Below, in pieces: positions 1-8,771 of a stretch of DNA of 64,000 bases (position 1 is its first letter; each line of letters starts with the position of its first letter). The translations under genes and the position numbers were made by a program. The DNA comes from Zancudomyces culisetae HAW-14-8 (taxonomy: Eukaryota; Fungi; Kickxellomycota), in NCBI GenBank assembly GCA_052426225.1, contig JBNJNM010000011.1:3224001-3288000 (forward strand). The letters run 5' to 3'. Under the pieces are notes generated by a model, which searched no databases, was not told the origin of the DNA, and saw nothing but the letters and a program-made list of their open reading frames with translations.

Positions 1-971
1 TCGTAAAGGTTTTCATTGTCCAAATTCCTCACATCCTTATTTACGCCATGCAACAAGAACCCTTTGACCCTGGAAAATATACCTTTTTCTTGAGAAACCT
101 GTCGGGTGGAATAAGGCGGGCGAGATTCGTCTCTAATGCCTTGTTTTTCGATGTCTGATCGTACCACAGGTGGTGCTCTGTATTTGATGAATGGTGCAAG
201 TGGAATATGATACCACTTCAGATCTTCCTTTTTAAGAATCTTTCTCTCTAGCCATTTTGCATAAAAAATGTATGAAAGGATAGAAACACCCCCGGCAACT
301 ACTGCTGCCACCCAAAGTATTTTTCTAGAAGGCCAGTTATTCTTTTGAGTGTTTGGACGACTCCGGTACAATATTAACGACATGTTAACAAAAAATGCCA
401 AGAAGAAGTAGAATGGGATAGCGACAAGTCCTCTTCTAAAACTATTTTCACTTCTGAGAACGAGATACTTGGTCAGCAAAAATATAATTGCAGAAACTAT
501 TGCAGCAATAACTGGTGATAAAAACCAACTGCTAATGATCTTGGAAACACCATTCCAGCCCCAAACAACAGCGTCTTTTCCAAATGCAGCAATACCCATA
601 CCCATAACAGCTCCCGTTATCGAGTGTGTTGTGGAAACTGGCCACCCCCAGGTAGTGGCAAAGATTACCCATGCTGCAGATCCAGCAACCGATGTCATCA
701 TACCCAGCATCAAAAGATCTGGCCTACCTTCGAAGTAGCTGAGCTTTACAATTCCTCCTCGGATTGTTTCCGCGGTATTTGCTCCCAAAAGAAAAGCACC
801 CAAAAACTCTGTAAAAATAGCAACAACACACGCTTGTTTTAAGCTCAGTGTTCCGGAACTGACCGATGTAGCAAAACTATTGGCTACATCATTAGCTCCT
901 ATCCCAAAAGCATCGCAAAATGCGAATATCGTACCAAGTATAAATATCTGGGTGTATTCATGCGTTGCCAT
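1..971 (-). CDS. PHO89: PiT/PHO4-family Na+/phosphate symporter, partial (runs off the window start)
   Basis: Manual translation from the ATG at 971: MATHEYTQIFILGTIFAFCDAFGIGANDVANSFATSVSS...WGWPVSTTHSITGAVMG. These are the GANDVANS and PVSTTH signatures of the PHO4 family. The frame is open to base 1, so it is absent from the ORF track. Confidence 0.93.
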   Translation of the reverse strand, partial: MATHEYTQIFILGTIFAFCDAFGIGANDVANSFATSVSSGTLSLKQACVVAIFTEFLGAFLLGANTAETIRGGIVKLSYFEGRPDLLMLGMMTSVAGSAAWVIFATTWGWPVSTTHSITGAVMGMGIAAFGKDAVVWGWNGVSKIISSWFLSPVIAAIVSAIIFLLTKYLVLRSENSFRRGLVAIPFYFFLAFFVNMSLILYRSRPNTQKNNWPSRKILWVAAVVAGGVSILSYIFYAKWLERKILKKEDLKWYHIPLAPFIKYRAPPVVRSDIEKQGIRDESRPPYSTRQVSQEKGIFSRVKGFLLHGVNKDVRNLDNENLY

Positions 972-1907
972 TTTTTTAACGTGTACTCCGTTAGTATATT
1001 ATCGGTTCTGGTTGTTACTTTTCGATTGGAAAGATTATTGTTCGTTCAAAATTTCCTTTTTTAAAAGAAATCTCTGGAAAGGCTATGATATAAGTTTGCG
1101 TTTTTGGCAATTTTCTCTTTCTCTTTTCCCCGTTGAATATTTTGACTTTGGATTTGCAATTTTCTTTGTGATTTATTACTTTTTTCTAAGGTGCTTTTCT
1201 CGCTATTTAAGCACTGGATTTGTGATAATTTTGTTATAGCCGACACACTATTTTTTTGGTCAGCTATTTGTAGATTCGTTTGATAACTAGTTGTTTCAAA
1301 TTTATTATACAAGTGTTCAAAGATTGAACGCAGTCGTATTAGTATATTACACTTCTAACGTTTAATGAAATCGCTTTTACTTAATGTCTGGAACAAATAA
1401 CTGATCAACTAGCAAAAAAAAATCGTATATACACATATACAAATTACATGTTAATGCATTACAAACTGCTGTTACTTTATTGAAGCTCTTTTTGGATTTT
1501 GCCAACGCTTGAACAGGATTGGCATCACTACATCTTTCCACCTTTTTCGCATTTTCACATCGTCTTGTCACCCATTTAAACCCGCACGTGTGATAATTTC
1601 AATAAAATTACCTTTATCCAATCGAATCAAATTCATTGATCTCTATTTTTCTAGATGCTCATACCAATCATCTATTCGCTGGTATGAAGTTTTCTTCTCA
1701 TTGATTTTATTTTTACATAATACCAATCTCTTACCCACAAACACCACCTATTTATTTCTAAACATTTTAAAATCACGGAGAAATAGACCAGAGTGTTTGA
1801 GTGCTTCGCTATTCTTTTGTACTCATTTTCTACCAATAAATGGTATAAAACAACACTGAGATTAGAAGTCCACCCGACTTTAGTCTTTGTATTAAACCAA
1901 CACAGAC

Positions 1908-2246
1908 ATCAAAGTCTATCTTTGTGTTTTGATATTTCTGTCTCTTTAAACTGATCAAGGACATTGTATACCAGATGGTTATATTGTAGACGATATTTCC
2001 GGACACGTAAAAAAGTAATATTGCTGCAAAGATGAGAAAATATTTACAAAAGTATCTTTGGTATTATTCAAAGCGCACCATTAATAATTTGTATAAAGCA
2101 CTCAAGGGTATAAACCATCAGTACAGAGTGTAAACTTGTCCAGTTTCAACTAAAAATTAGAACCTATCCGTAATGTGTTCTTATATAAACAGTAAGCTTT
2201 ACATTTTGGTGTTTCCATTAGTAACTTGAATGTCAGTTTATTGTGA
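1908..2246 (+). pseudogene. Possible heavily decayed secreted Cys-containing protein gene
   Basis: One frame reads IKVYLCVLIFLSL*TDQGHCIPDGYIVDDISGHVKK*YCCKDEK..., a signal-peptide-like start plus a C...YCC layout like the relic at 4238. It has many stops and no ATG. Confidence 0.25.
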
Positions 2247-4237
2247 AAAAATATCAGACTGCCAATAATCTTGGCATTAGAATCATTTGCCATTTTTTGC
2301 ATTTGTACTAGTATTATTCTTAAATTAGTGTTAAAAAAAATCCATCGAAAATCTATTCAAATGGCCATGTGTACAGACACTAATCTCCGGTTGTTCTTAA
2401 TTAATTGGAGGAATAAAAGCAACTTTGTAACAACCACAAAGGATATCACAATCCAACTTTTCGACCCATGATTAAATAACTACTGCAATTACTCATCTGG
2501 AACTCAATTAGTTTATTTTGTTGAAACAAGAGTTTTCTGTCTTCATATCTAAATTATGATTCCTTTATCCGTATAATCACTACAACCTTTAGCGTAAAGA
2601 AACCACAAACACATTAAATTACTATTCAGCATTAGTTACAGACGAATTTTTTTTTGTTTTTTCCTTATAAAGAAAAAGATTTGTACTGGTATACATACAA
2701 ATATTTAATGTCTATTGTGTTTTTAGATAAGCTCATTTTTATCGACGTATACCATATAAGGACAAAGTAAAATTACTGAATAAAAGTTGAAACCGATGAA
2801 TACAGTTTATTATAATTATCATGTACTTACAAACTTTAACTCAACCATCTAGCTAGATTTACAACAAAAACCAGTAGTATTGTTACAGGCAAGCATGGTT
2901 GCTAGAACAACATCAACCCTGCGACTGTAGATTTTTGGGGAGTATACACAGCAAATTTATTGTTTTACTCTAAATTATATACTATGGGTGACTAATAGTT
3001 ATCATTTTTTCTAATAGGACTTAGGTATATAGATAAATATCCTGTAAAGAACAATAAAAGAGCAACACGTATAAGACGTTTTGTAATGAAACTGAGTAGA
3101 TAAGAACACAAATATTAAAAACAAAAAATATGTATTTGAGTATTTGCACCTATTGATAAATAATACACTTTTTATGGTTGTTACTTGCAAAGCACAAAAA
3201 CAAGATTTATAATGTATTAAATAATACTTGTACGATTCATCAACAGTTATCATAACTATTAAAAAACTAAAGCAGACAGTCATAAAAAAACTGTGTTTTA
3301 AAACCAGGCTTTTTTTATTTAATAGAAATTTGCTAATTTAAATTGTACTTTAACACTACCAAGGCAGAGAATTATCATTATGCAAATATAAGAAATACAT
3401 AAGATAGATACGAGTAAGATCGAAGCTTGATACGTGAACAATGTGTTATCTGTTTGAAGCAGCTCATACGCTATTCAATATTAGTTATATATAATAATGT
3501 TTGTGCTTAGAGAATATAAAGCAAATATTTTAACGCTACAAACGCAAATGTGCAATATTTAGACAATATTGTCAATTAATAAGCTTAATTCAGCTAACTC
3601 GATCTAAATTAAGATTGAAAGTGTTCAACTGAGCTAATAAATACAAGATCTATTTTAACGTACTCAATTATTGTCGTTTATTTCTCTTTATAGGATTATA
3701 CTTTAATATTTTGTACCTTTTATTCCCTTAACTGATTTTAATAATATAAACTCGATTACTAATATACTAAAAGTATGCTCGCTAAAAACCCATCTTTCCT
3801 TCTTCTAGGTTCTAACTTATCCTATTTATGAAATAATAATAAACTAAGACCTTTAGGAAAACCATTCTTCCAGAGTGTAAAAATCTAGGACCATTCGATG
3901 TTAGTAATATAAATAGTTAGATTTAATTAAATGAGAACCGAAAACAAATTTTACAATTCACAATAATATATGGTGTATGTTCTTATAGATCTAATAGTTA
4001 GTTGTATTTATTTATCAGCGTTTTTAGATTAGATAATTAATTCCTAGTGGATTTTATCACTGTTTCATATATATTTCAATTAATATTTTAAAAAAAAATT
4101 TTGAAAGTCTTGAAAGTTAAAGCAATATCCACGTCATAATTAATCAATATTACTCTAAAAAAAAGTTCAAAGTGTATAAGCTCAAAGTAGGATAATAAGA
4201 TTGCGTTTTAAAAGTTAAAAAAAAGTCGTAACTAAGA

Positions 4238-4897
4238 ATGGTTATTAAAGCTTTATTGGTTGTCGCTCTGGCTTTGTGTTCAGATGTTTTGGATTGTTTA
4301 ATCCATGAGACATATGTGAAATTTAGATGAAAACAGAATTACAAGTGGTCCTATGGCTATTGCTGCAATAAGTCTGTAACAGGGTATTGTAGTTATAATA
4401 ATGTGAGTACATTTATACATCATGCAAAGGTAGCATCGCTTACAGGCAAAGTATTCTACAGCAGGATAAAGGCTCAAATAAGCGCAGAGTATACACAAAC
4501 AAGATTATTTCAAATGAAAATTGACATGACCATCTCACCAGGTAGGTGCAGACACATGGAGCTAGATACTATAAGAGTTCAAAGGTATTCAGGAGGAGAT
4601 TGTTGCAGTTGGTAAAGATAGTGGTGTATTTCAGGAGATACAACATGTCACTATACAACTGATGAGGCATATTACAGAATTTTAGAATATGATGATTACG
4701 GTAGGAGTGGAAAAAAGACAATTGTAGAAGAAGAAGAAAAAACAGCTCACCCTGAAAAGCCTACAATTGCAAACGGTACTGCATTAGAGTTAACCCCAAA
4801 TATGAAGAGTGGCGAAGAACAAATACAAACTATACAACAAATTTTGTTGTTTTTTTTACTTTTTATATTAAATAATAAATACCGTTTATATCACTAG
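4238..4897 (+). pseudogene. Secreted cysteine-rich protein pseudogene with three in-frame stops
   Basis: MVIKALLVVALALCSDVLDC (signal peptide)...FR*KQNYKWSYGYCCNKSVTGYCSY...ISPGRCRH...GGDCCSW*R*WCISGDTTCHY... in one frame with no frameshift. Stops: TGA 4328, TAA 4613, TAG 4619; final TAG 4895. Confidence 0.65.
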
Positions 4898-5145
4898 TAA
4901 GTTTACTAATATTTAGATTTATCTTTATATGCTAAACGGGAAAGCATACTTAAATGTTTACCATATATACAAATGTTTATACGACTTTATGTTATATTTG
5001 ATTATTTATTTATATTAGTATTTGAATTTTGTATAATAGCTTTGTTAAAAAGACCTAGAAATAAAAAATATCAATATACTAAAGTTGGTTCTACACAGGA
5101 ACTTATAGTATTATAGTGAAAATTTAAAATTAATATAGTACATAG

Positions 5146-5891
5146 TGTCGTGTGTATTCCGATGTCGATCGGAATTCACATTTTATAACAATTATTTAAT
5201 TTACTACATAAACAATCAACTAACATTCTATTAAAAGTTGATCACTGAAAATACTATGATAATTATTTTTTTTGAAAATATATATAATAACACAAAAAAA
5301 ATTATAAAACGAAAAATACAATTAAAAAGATTATAGGAAATCAACATTCAAATATAGGAACAATATGAAAACGAAAACGAAGTAACAACGATAACACACG
5401 ATACAACTCAGAATATACAATAGAAACATAGGTTATTTGAATTAGCTTTTATTAGGTTAAATAAAATAGTATATATATAAGCGAAGGAAGACTCGATGAG
5501 GATTCCTCAGCTCTTTTGATAGTTTTAATAAGAAAAAGGAAAGTAAGATAAATAAATATCAATTCAGAATTAAAATCCAGGTTTAGGATAATTAAGAAGT
5601 TTATTAGGAATAGTGCTACGGCTAGTTAATGAATATTAAGTTTTGACATATTAGAAACTATTAAAATCTCACTTAAAGAATGTCAGGCTTCATGAGTAAA
5701 TTTAGACCCAGATGGATCCAGTCAGAAAAAGATGAGGGCAGATACTCATCTGATAGTGACCGTTCGGGAGCCACTTCTATGGAAGTGGATCCCAAAGAAT
5801 CACGTGACCCATTTGCTGATATTATGGATCATGTTTTTTTACAATTGAAAACCCCGACAAAGGATGAGGCTGCACCCAACCTCACCCGACA
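5146..5891 (+). mobile_element. Long-family TG...CA element, copy C (746 bp, solo-LTR-like)
   Basis: ATAG|TGTCGTGTG...CACCCGACA|ATAG: 8/9 terminal inverted repeat and a perfect 4-bp TSD. It contains TATATATAA (~5472), hairpins at 5151-5180 and 5488-5515, and ORF 5680 running through the right end. Confidence 0.75.
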
Positions 5892-5895
5892 ATAG
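5680..5895 (+). CDS. Ser-rich ORF inside element C, probably a truncated gag N-terminus; the stop is supplied by the TSD
   Basis: WIQSEKDEGRYSSDSDRSGATSMEVD weakly resembles WIGTECDSRRESHTSTSMSRGSSMDQD of ORF 7894-8274. The TAG stop lies in the flanking ATAG duplication. Confidence 0.5.
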   Translation: MSGFMSKFRPRWIQSEKDEGRYSSDSDRSGATSMEVDPKESRDPFADIMDHVFLQLKTPTKDEAAPNLTRQ

Positions 5896-5967
5896 TATAA
5901 TTATTATAATAGTTTCCAACTAATTGATAAAATTAAATGTCTGAATGTGAGCTTTTGGTAACAAAAA

Positions 5968-6356
5968 TGTCATATAGTAAACCAAGACATACCTTGAAAC
6001 AGTTTAGTTTAGTAATCATATGTTTTTAATTAGTATTATGATTTTTATTACAAGTTTTAAACAGTATATACAAATTTATGCTTTAACTTTCAGTAGTAAA
6101 GTTTATGTATCTTTGTATAGTTTTAATAGTATTTTTTAAGTTAGCAGTAAAAGTATATAAGTGCAGGGAAATAGCACTAAATAAAACACATCTTTAATTT
6201 AAACAAGTAGTAGTAATAAGTTCTTTTATTCAGTATACGAATATTCAATAGTTAATAATAACAATATTAACGGATATTTGGTATAGTAAGAGAATAGGAT
6301 AAAGTTCAAGTATATTTTAAGTTAATAAAAGTTTAAGTTAAAATAAAAATATAACA
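5968..6356 (+). mobile_element. Short-family TG...CA element D1 (389 bp, solo-LTR-like)
   Basis: Starts TGTCATATAGT, identical for 11 bp to the start at 7458, and ends ATATAACA. It has a TATATAA at ~6154 and AATAAA near the end, and is TAGT-rich. Flanks AAAA/ACAA are an imperfect TSD. Confidence 0.55.
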
Positions 6357-6361
6357 ACAAC

Positions 6362-6678
6362 TGTCATATAATCATATGACGTGAACAAATTTTACATAGT
6401 TTTTAATTATTGGTTTTATAGGATTAGCAGTATTATTAGATTGGACCTTTTTCCCCTCGTGGTTTTTGTCCATCATTTATAACTTAGTCAATTTATTATA
6501 ATATTTTTATTATCGAAATGAGCTGAGATAAAAGGCATTGCCGAAAAACACAAATAAAGTAACTTTGAACTCAAAAAAATAAGAATATAGTATATACAGT
6601 TTATAGTAATAAAATATTATAGTATAGAATTATATCAAATAATAAGACAAAGTAAACAATTAAGTTCAAAACTTAACA
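6362..6678 (+). mobile_element. Short-family TG...CA element D2 (~317 bp, degenerate)
   Basis: Starts TGTCATATAA 5 bp after the end of D1. Putative end CTTAACA is followed by AAAAAGGTGG, the same sequence that precedes and begins the tRNA. The right boundary is tentative. Confidence 0.4.
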
Positions 6679-6688
6679 AAAAAGGTGG

Positions 6689-7457
6689 TGTCGAATGAGT
6701 AAAACTATTAAACTAGTATTAATGCATGGATATACATTACCATATTTACATAGTTTGAATTAAAATGTGGACATAATTTAAAAAATTAAGAAAATGAAAA
6801 TTAATGGACTCAGCATGAAATTAATTCTTCATACTGCGTCCATTCAATAATGATGAATGTAGTATGAGAAATGTTCACATACATGTTCATACTACATCAA
6901 TATTATCAAACCTAAATATTATTTTATTAGTTATACCTTATCATGTTTATAGTCTATTTAGAGAACAAAATGATTTTATAGTTTATATTTAAAGGATACA
7001 TGGTGGAAAAGAAAACCATCATCCATGTCCTACCATACGGATTAGTAATAAAGATTATCTAAATAAAGATTTTTAAACAGCAGCACAAATAAAAGTAAAA
7101 ATAATGATCAACTATCTTTTCGGTACAGGTGCGAATGAATCTAGGAGAGATTCTTCCATCTCATCAAACAGCACCAGGGGCAGTAGCATGGACCAAGAGA
7201 CAGGGGTGTTAAGCCCCCGAACACTTGGGGAGTTGACGGAAAGTGTTCGTCAACTTCGAATCCGTAGAAGCCCGGAGTCAATGTCCGTGAGTACTATCTC
7301 ACCGACATTGTATAGGGATAATAGCTCAACTGAGCCTCCCTTGATGCACATCACGCTACGGGGTAGCAGTGCATCAATATCCAGTGATTATACCCGAACC
7401 GGTATGTCACGTGCAGAGACTAGTATTGAGAACCTTCAGGGTTTTGAATACTACGAC
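6689..7457 (+). mobile_element. Long-family element, copy A (~770 bp, right end abutted by D3)
   Basis: Starts TGTCGAATGAGTAA, colinear with the TGTCGCATTATTAA end of copy B. It has the same hairpin 1, hairpin 2, TATA, hairpin 3, ORF layout, with the ATG 415 bp from the terminus (412 in B). It ends ...TACGAC directly before TGTCATATAG. No matching TSD. Confidence 0.7.
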
Positions 7458-7475
7458 TGTCATATAGTGACATGA
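7104..7475 (+). CDS. Ser-rich ORF in element A, paralog of 7894-8274, probably a gag N-terminus
   Basis: Shares RGSSMDQxxGVLSPRTLGELTESVRQLxIRRSPExMSVSTISPTLYR with the inverted copy. Differences are mostly at synonymous positions. Confidence 0.65.
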   Translation: MINYLFGTGANESRRDSSISSNSTRGSSMDQETGVLSPRTLGELTESVRQLRIRRSPESMSVSTISPTLYRDNSSTEPPLMHITLRGSSASISSDYTRTGMSRAETSIENLQGFEYYDCHIVT

Positions 7476-7842
7476 ACCCTTGGTGATAAACTAATATTAT
7501 ATGTTTATCATCAAGTGAAATAATTAAATTATTAATATACTTTTAGTTTTAGTTTTTTTAGTATTCAATGAAACTGATTCATTGATGTTTTTTCTAAGAG
7601 TATTAGTTTATTACTCAATTAAATTGTTTCAGTATTAGTTTATTTAGTTAGTATTAGTTCAATAGTTAGTTATTAGTATATTTATAATACTAGGAAAAGT
7701 ATTTAAAGGGTTAGTTATTGCATAAGGAAATAAATATCATTCTATCATACAAGCTTTATAGTAGTAAATAAATAGTTATGATCAACTACAGATGTTTATA
7801 TTAAGTTTATAATAGTTTCAACTAAGTTTATAATTTATAACA
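7458..7842 (+). mobile_element. Short-family TG...CA element D3 (385 bp; alternative end at 7920)
   Basis: TGTCATATAGT...TTATAACA, with a length like D1. It shares an AAAAGTAT(A/T)TAA...AAATAAA...CAAG...TAGTAGTAA block with D1 and has hairpins at 7479-7515 and 7565-7585. Confidence 0.55.
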
Positions 7843-7893
7843 ATAATTATACGATACATATTATACATATATAAATAAGAAAAATATAAATAA

Positions 7894-8274
7894 TTATAAG
7901 TAAAATTTAATTATACAACATGTCGCATAATGTGAAGTATCACTACTTCCATTAGCGCTACCATCACGTGTTATACCGGTTCTGGTACGATCACTGATGG
8001 TTGATGCACTTCTATTGCGTAATGCAATGTGCATCGAGGGGTGCTCGGGTGAGCTAATACCCCTGTACAGTGTCGGTGAAATTGTACTCACCGACATTTC
8101 TTCCGGGCTCCTACGGATCTGGAGTTGACGGACACTTTCTGTCAACTCACCAAGGGTGCGGGGACTTAATACCCCTGCATCCTGATCCATGCTGCTGCCC
8201 CTGCTCATGCTGGTAGAAGTGTGTGACTCCCTCCTGGAGTCACATTCGGTTCCAATCCAACTGTTTAAAAACAT
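7894..8274 (-). CDS. Ser-rich ORF in element B, probably a gag N-terminus; the last 8 residues come from flanking DNA
   Basis: Paralog of 7104-7475. The frame crosses the element end at 7921 (…HYAT|CCIIKFYL*). Confidence 0.65.
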   Translation of the reverse strand: MFLNSWIGTECDSRRESHTSTSMSRGSSMDQDAGVLSPRTLGELTESVRQLQIRRSPEEMSVSTISPTLYRGISSPEHPSMHIALRNRSASTISDRTRTGITRDGSANGSSDTSHYATCCIIKFYL

Positions 8275-8686
8275 TATTGCTAGTTTATCTTTTGGTTTAT
8301 ATTTGATTTTATTTAATTATTTTATTATAGTATTCCGTATCGAGACATGGATGATGTTTTCATATGTCATCCATACGTCTCCTTAAATATACTATTCGAA
8401 TGTTAAACCACTATATAAAACTAAATACTAAAATATGACTATTGTTATAATATTATTAATAATTTGTTTGTTATTAATGATAAATGTAAAATGCATGGGA
8501 TCATTTTACATTTTACATTCATCATTATTGAACTAGCTCAGTATGAAAAATTGATTGCATACTGAGCTCGAAATTATTTGAATTTATTTAAAAAAAGTAA
8601 ACAAAAATGAATTTGCATTTTCGCACTGAGTGTACCATTTTCAGGCACATCCACGTGCTATTGTACAAATTGTTAATAATGCGACA
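7921..8686 (-). mobile_element. Long-family TG...CA element, copy B (766 bp, solo-LTR-like), ending 12 bp upstream of tRNA-Phe
   Basis: AACA|TGTCGCATAA...TAATGCGACA|AACA: 9/10 terminal inverted repeat and a perfect 4-bp TSD. Homologous to copy A in the opposite orientation. Confidence 0.85.
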
Positions 8687-8698
8687 AACAAAAAAGGT

Positions 8699-8771
8699 GG
8701 GGACTTAGCTCAGCTGGGAGAGCGTGCGACTGAAGATCGTACGGTCCCGAGTTCAATCCTCGGAGTCCCCA
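8699..8771 (+). tRNA. tRNA-Phe(GAA), intronless
   Basis: Acceptor GGGGACT/AGTCCCC plus discriminator A; D arm GCTC-AGCTGGGA-GAGC; anticodon arm TGCGA-CTGAAGA-TCGTA; T arm CCGAG-TTCAATC-CTCGG; 73 nt; followed by a T-run Pol III terminator. Confidence 0.96.

Noticed and set aside
4328-4705. In-frame TGA as selenocysteine, with a SECIS-like ATGAG...AA...TGAT stem at ~4662-4700
   Set aside because: The same frame also has TAA and TAG stops, the TGA is not in a redox motif, and the stem's apical part is too short for a SECIS. The segment reads as continuing coding sequence.
6849-6970. Conserved ATGATGA in A and B as a snoRNA C box, hammerhead core or SECIS
   Set aside because: No downstream CTGA D box, no CTGATGA...GAAA core, and no 3' GA quartet in either copy.
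7104-8274. Ambisense RNA-virus segment, or simple inverted duplication of a host gene
   Set aside because: The two ORFs are paralogs, and B has its own terminal inverted repeats and 4-bp TSD, which indicates independent insertion.
5146-8686. CRISPR- or integron-like cassette array
   Set aside because: There are no regular identical repeats and no recombinase, and the context is eukaryotic. TG...CA ends with TSDs are better explained by DDE integrase insertions.
8699-8771. Alanine-identity or chimeric tRNA, suggested by the GGGG acceptor stem
   Set aside because: Pair 3:70 is G-C rather than G-U. G20, A73 and the GAA anticodon fit ordinary tRNA-Phe.
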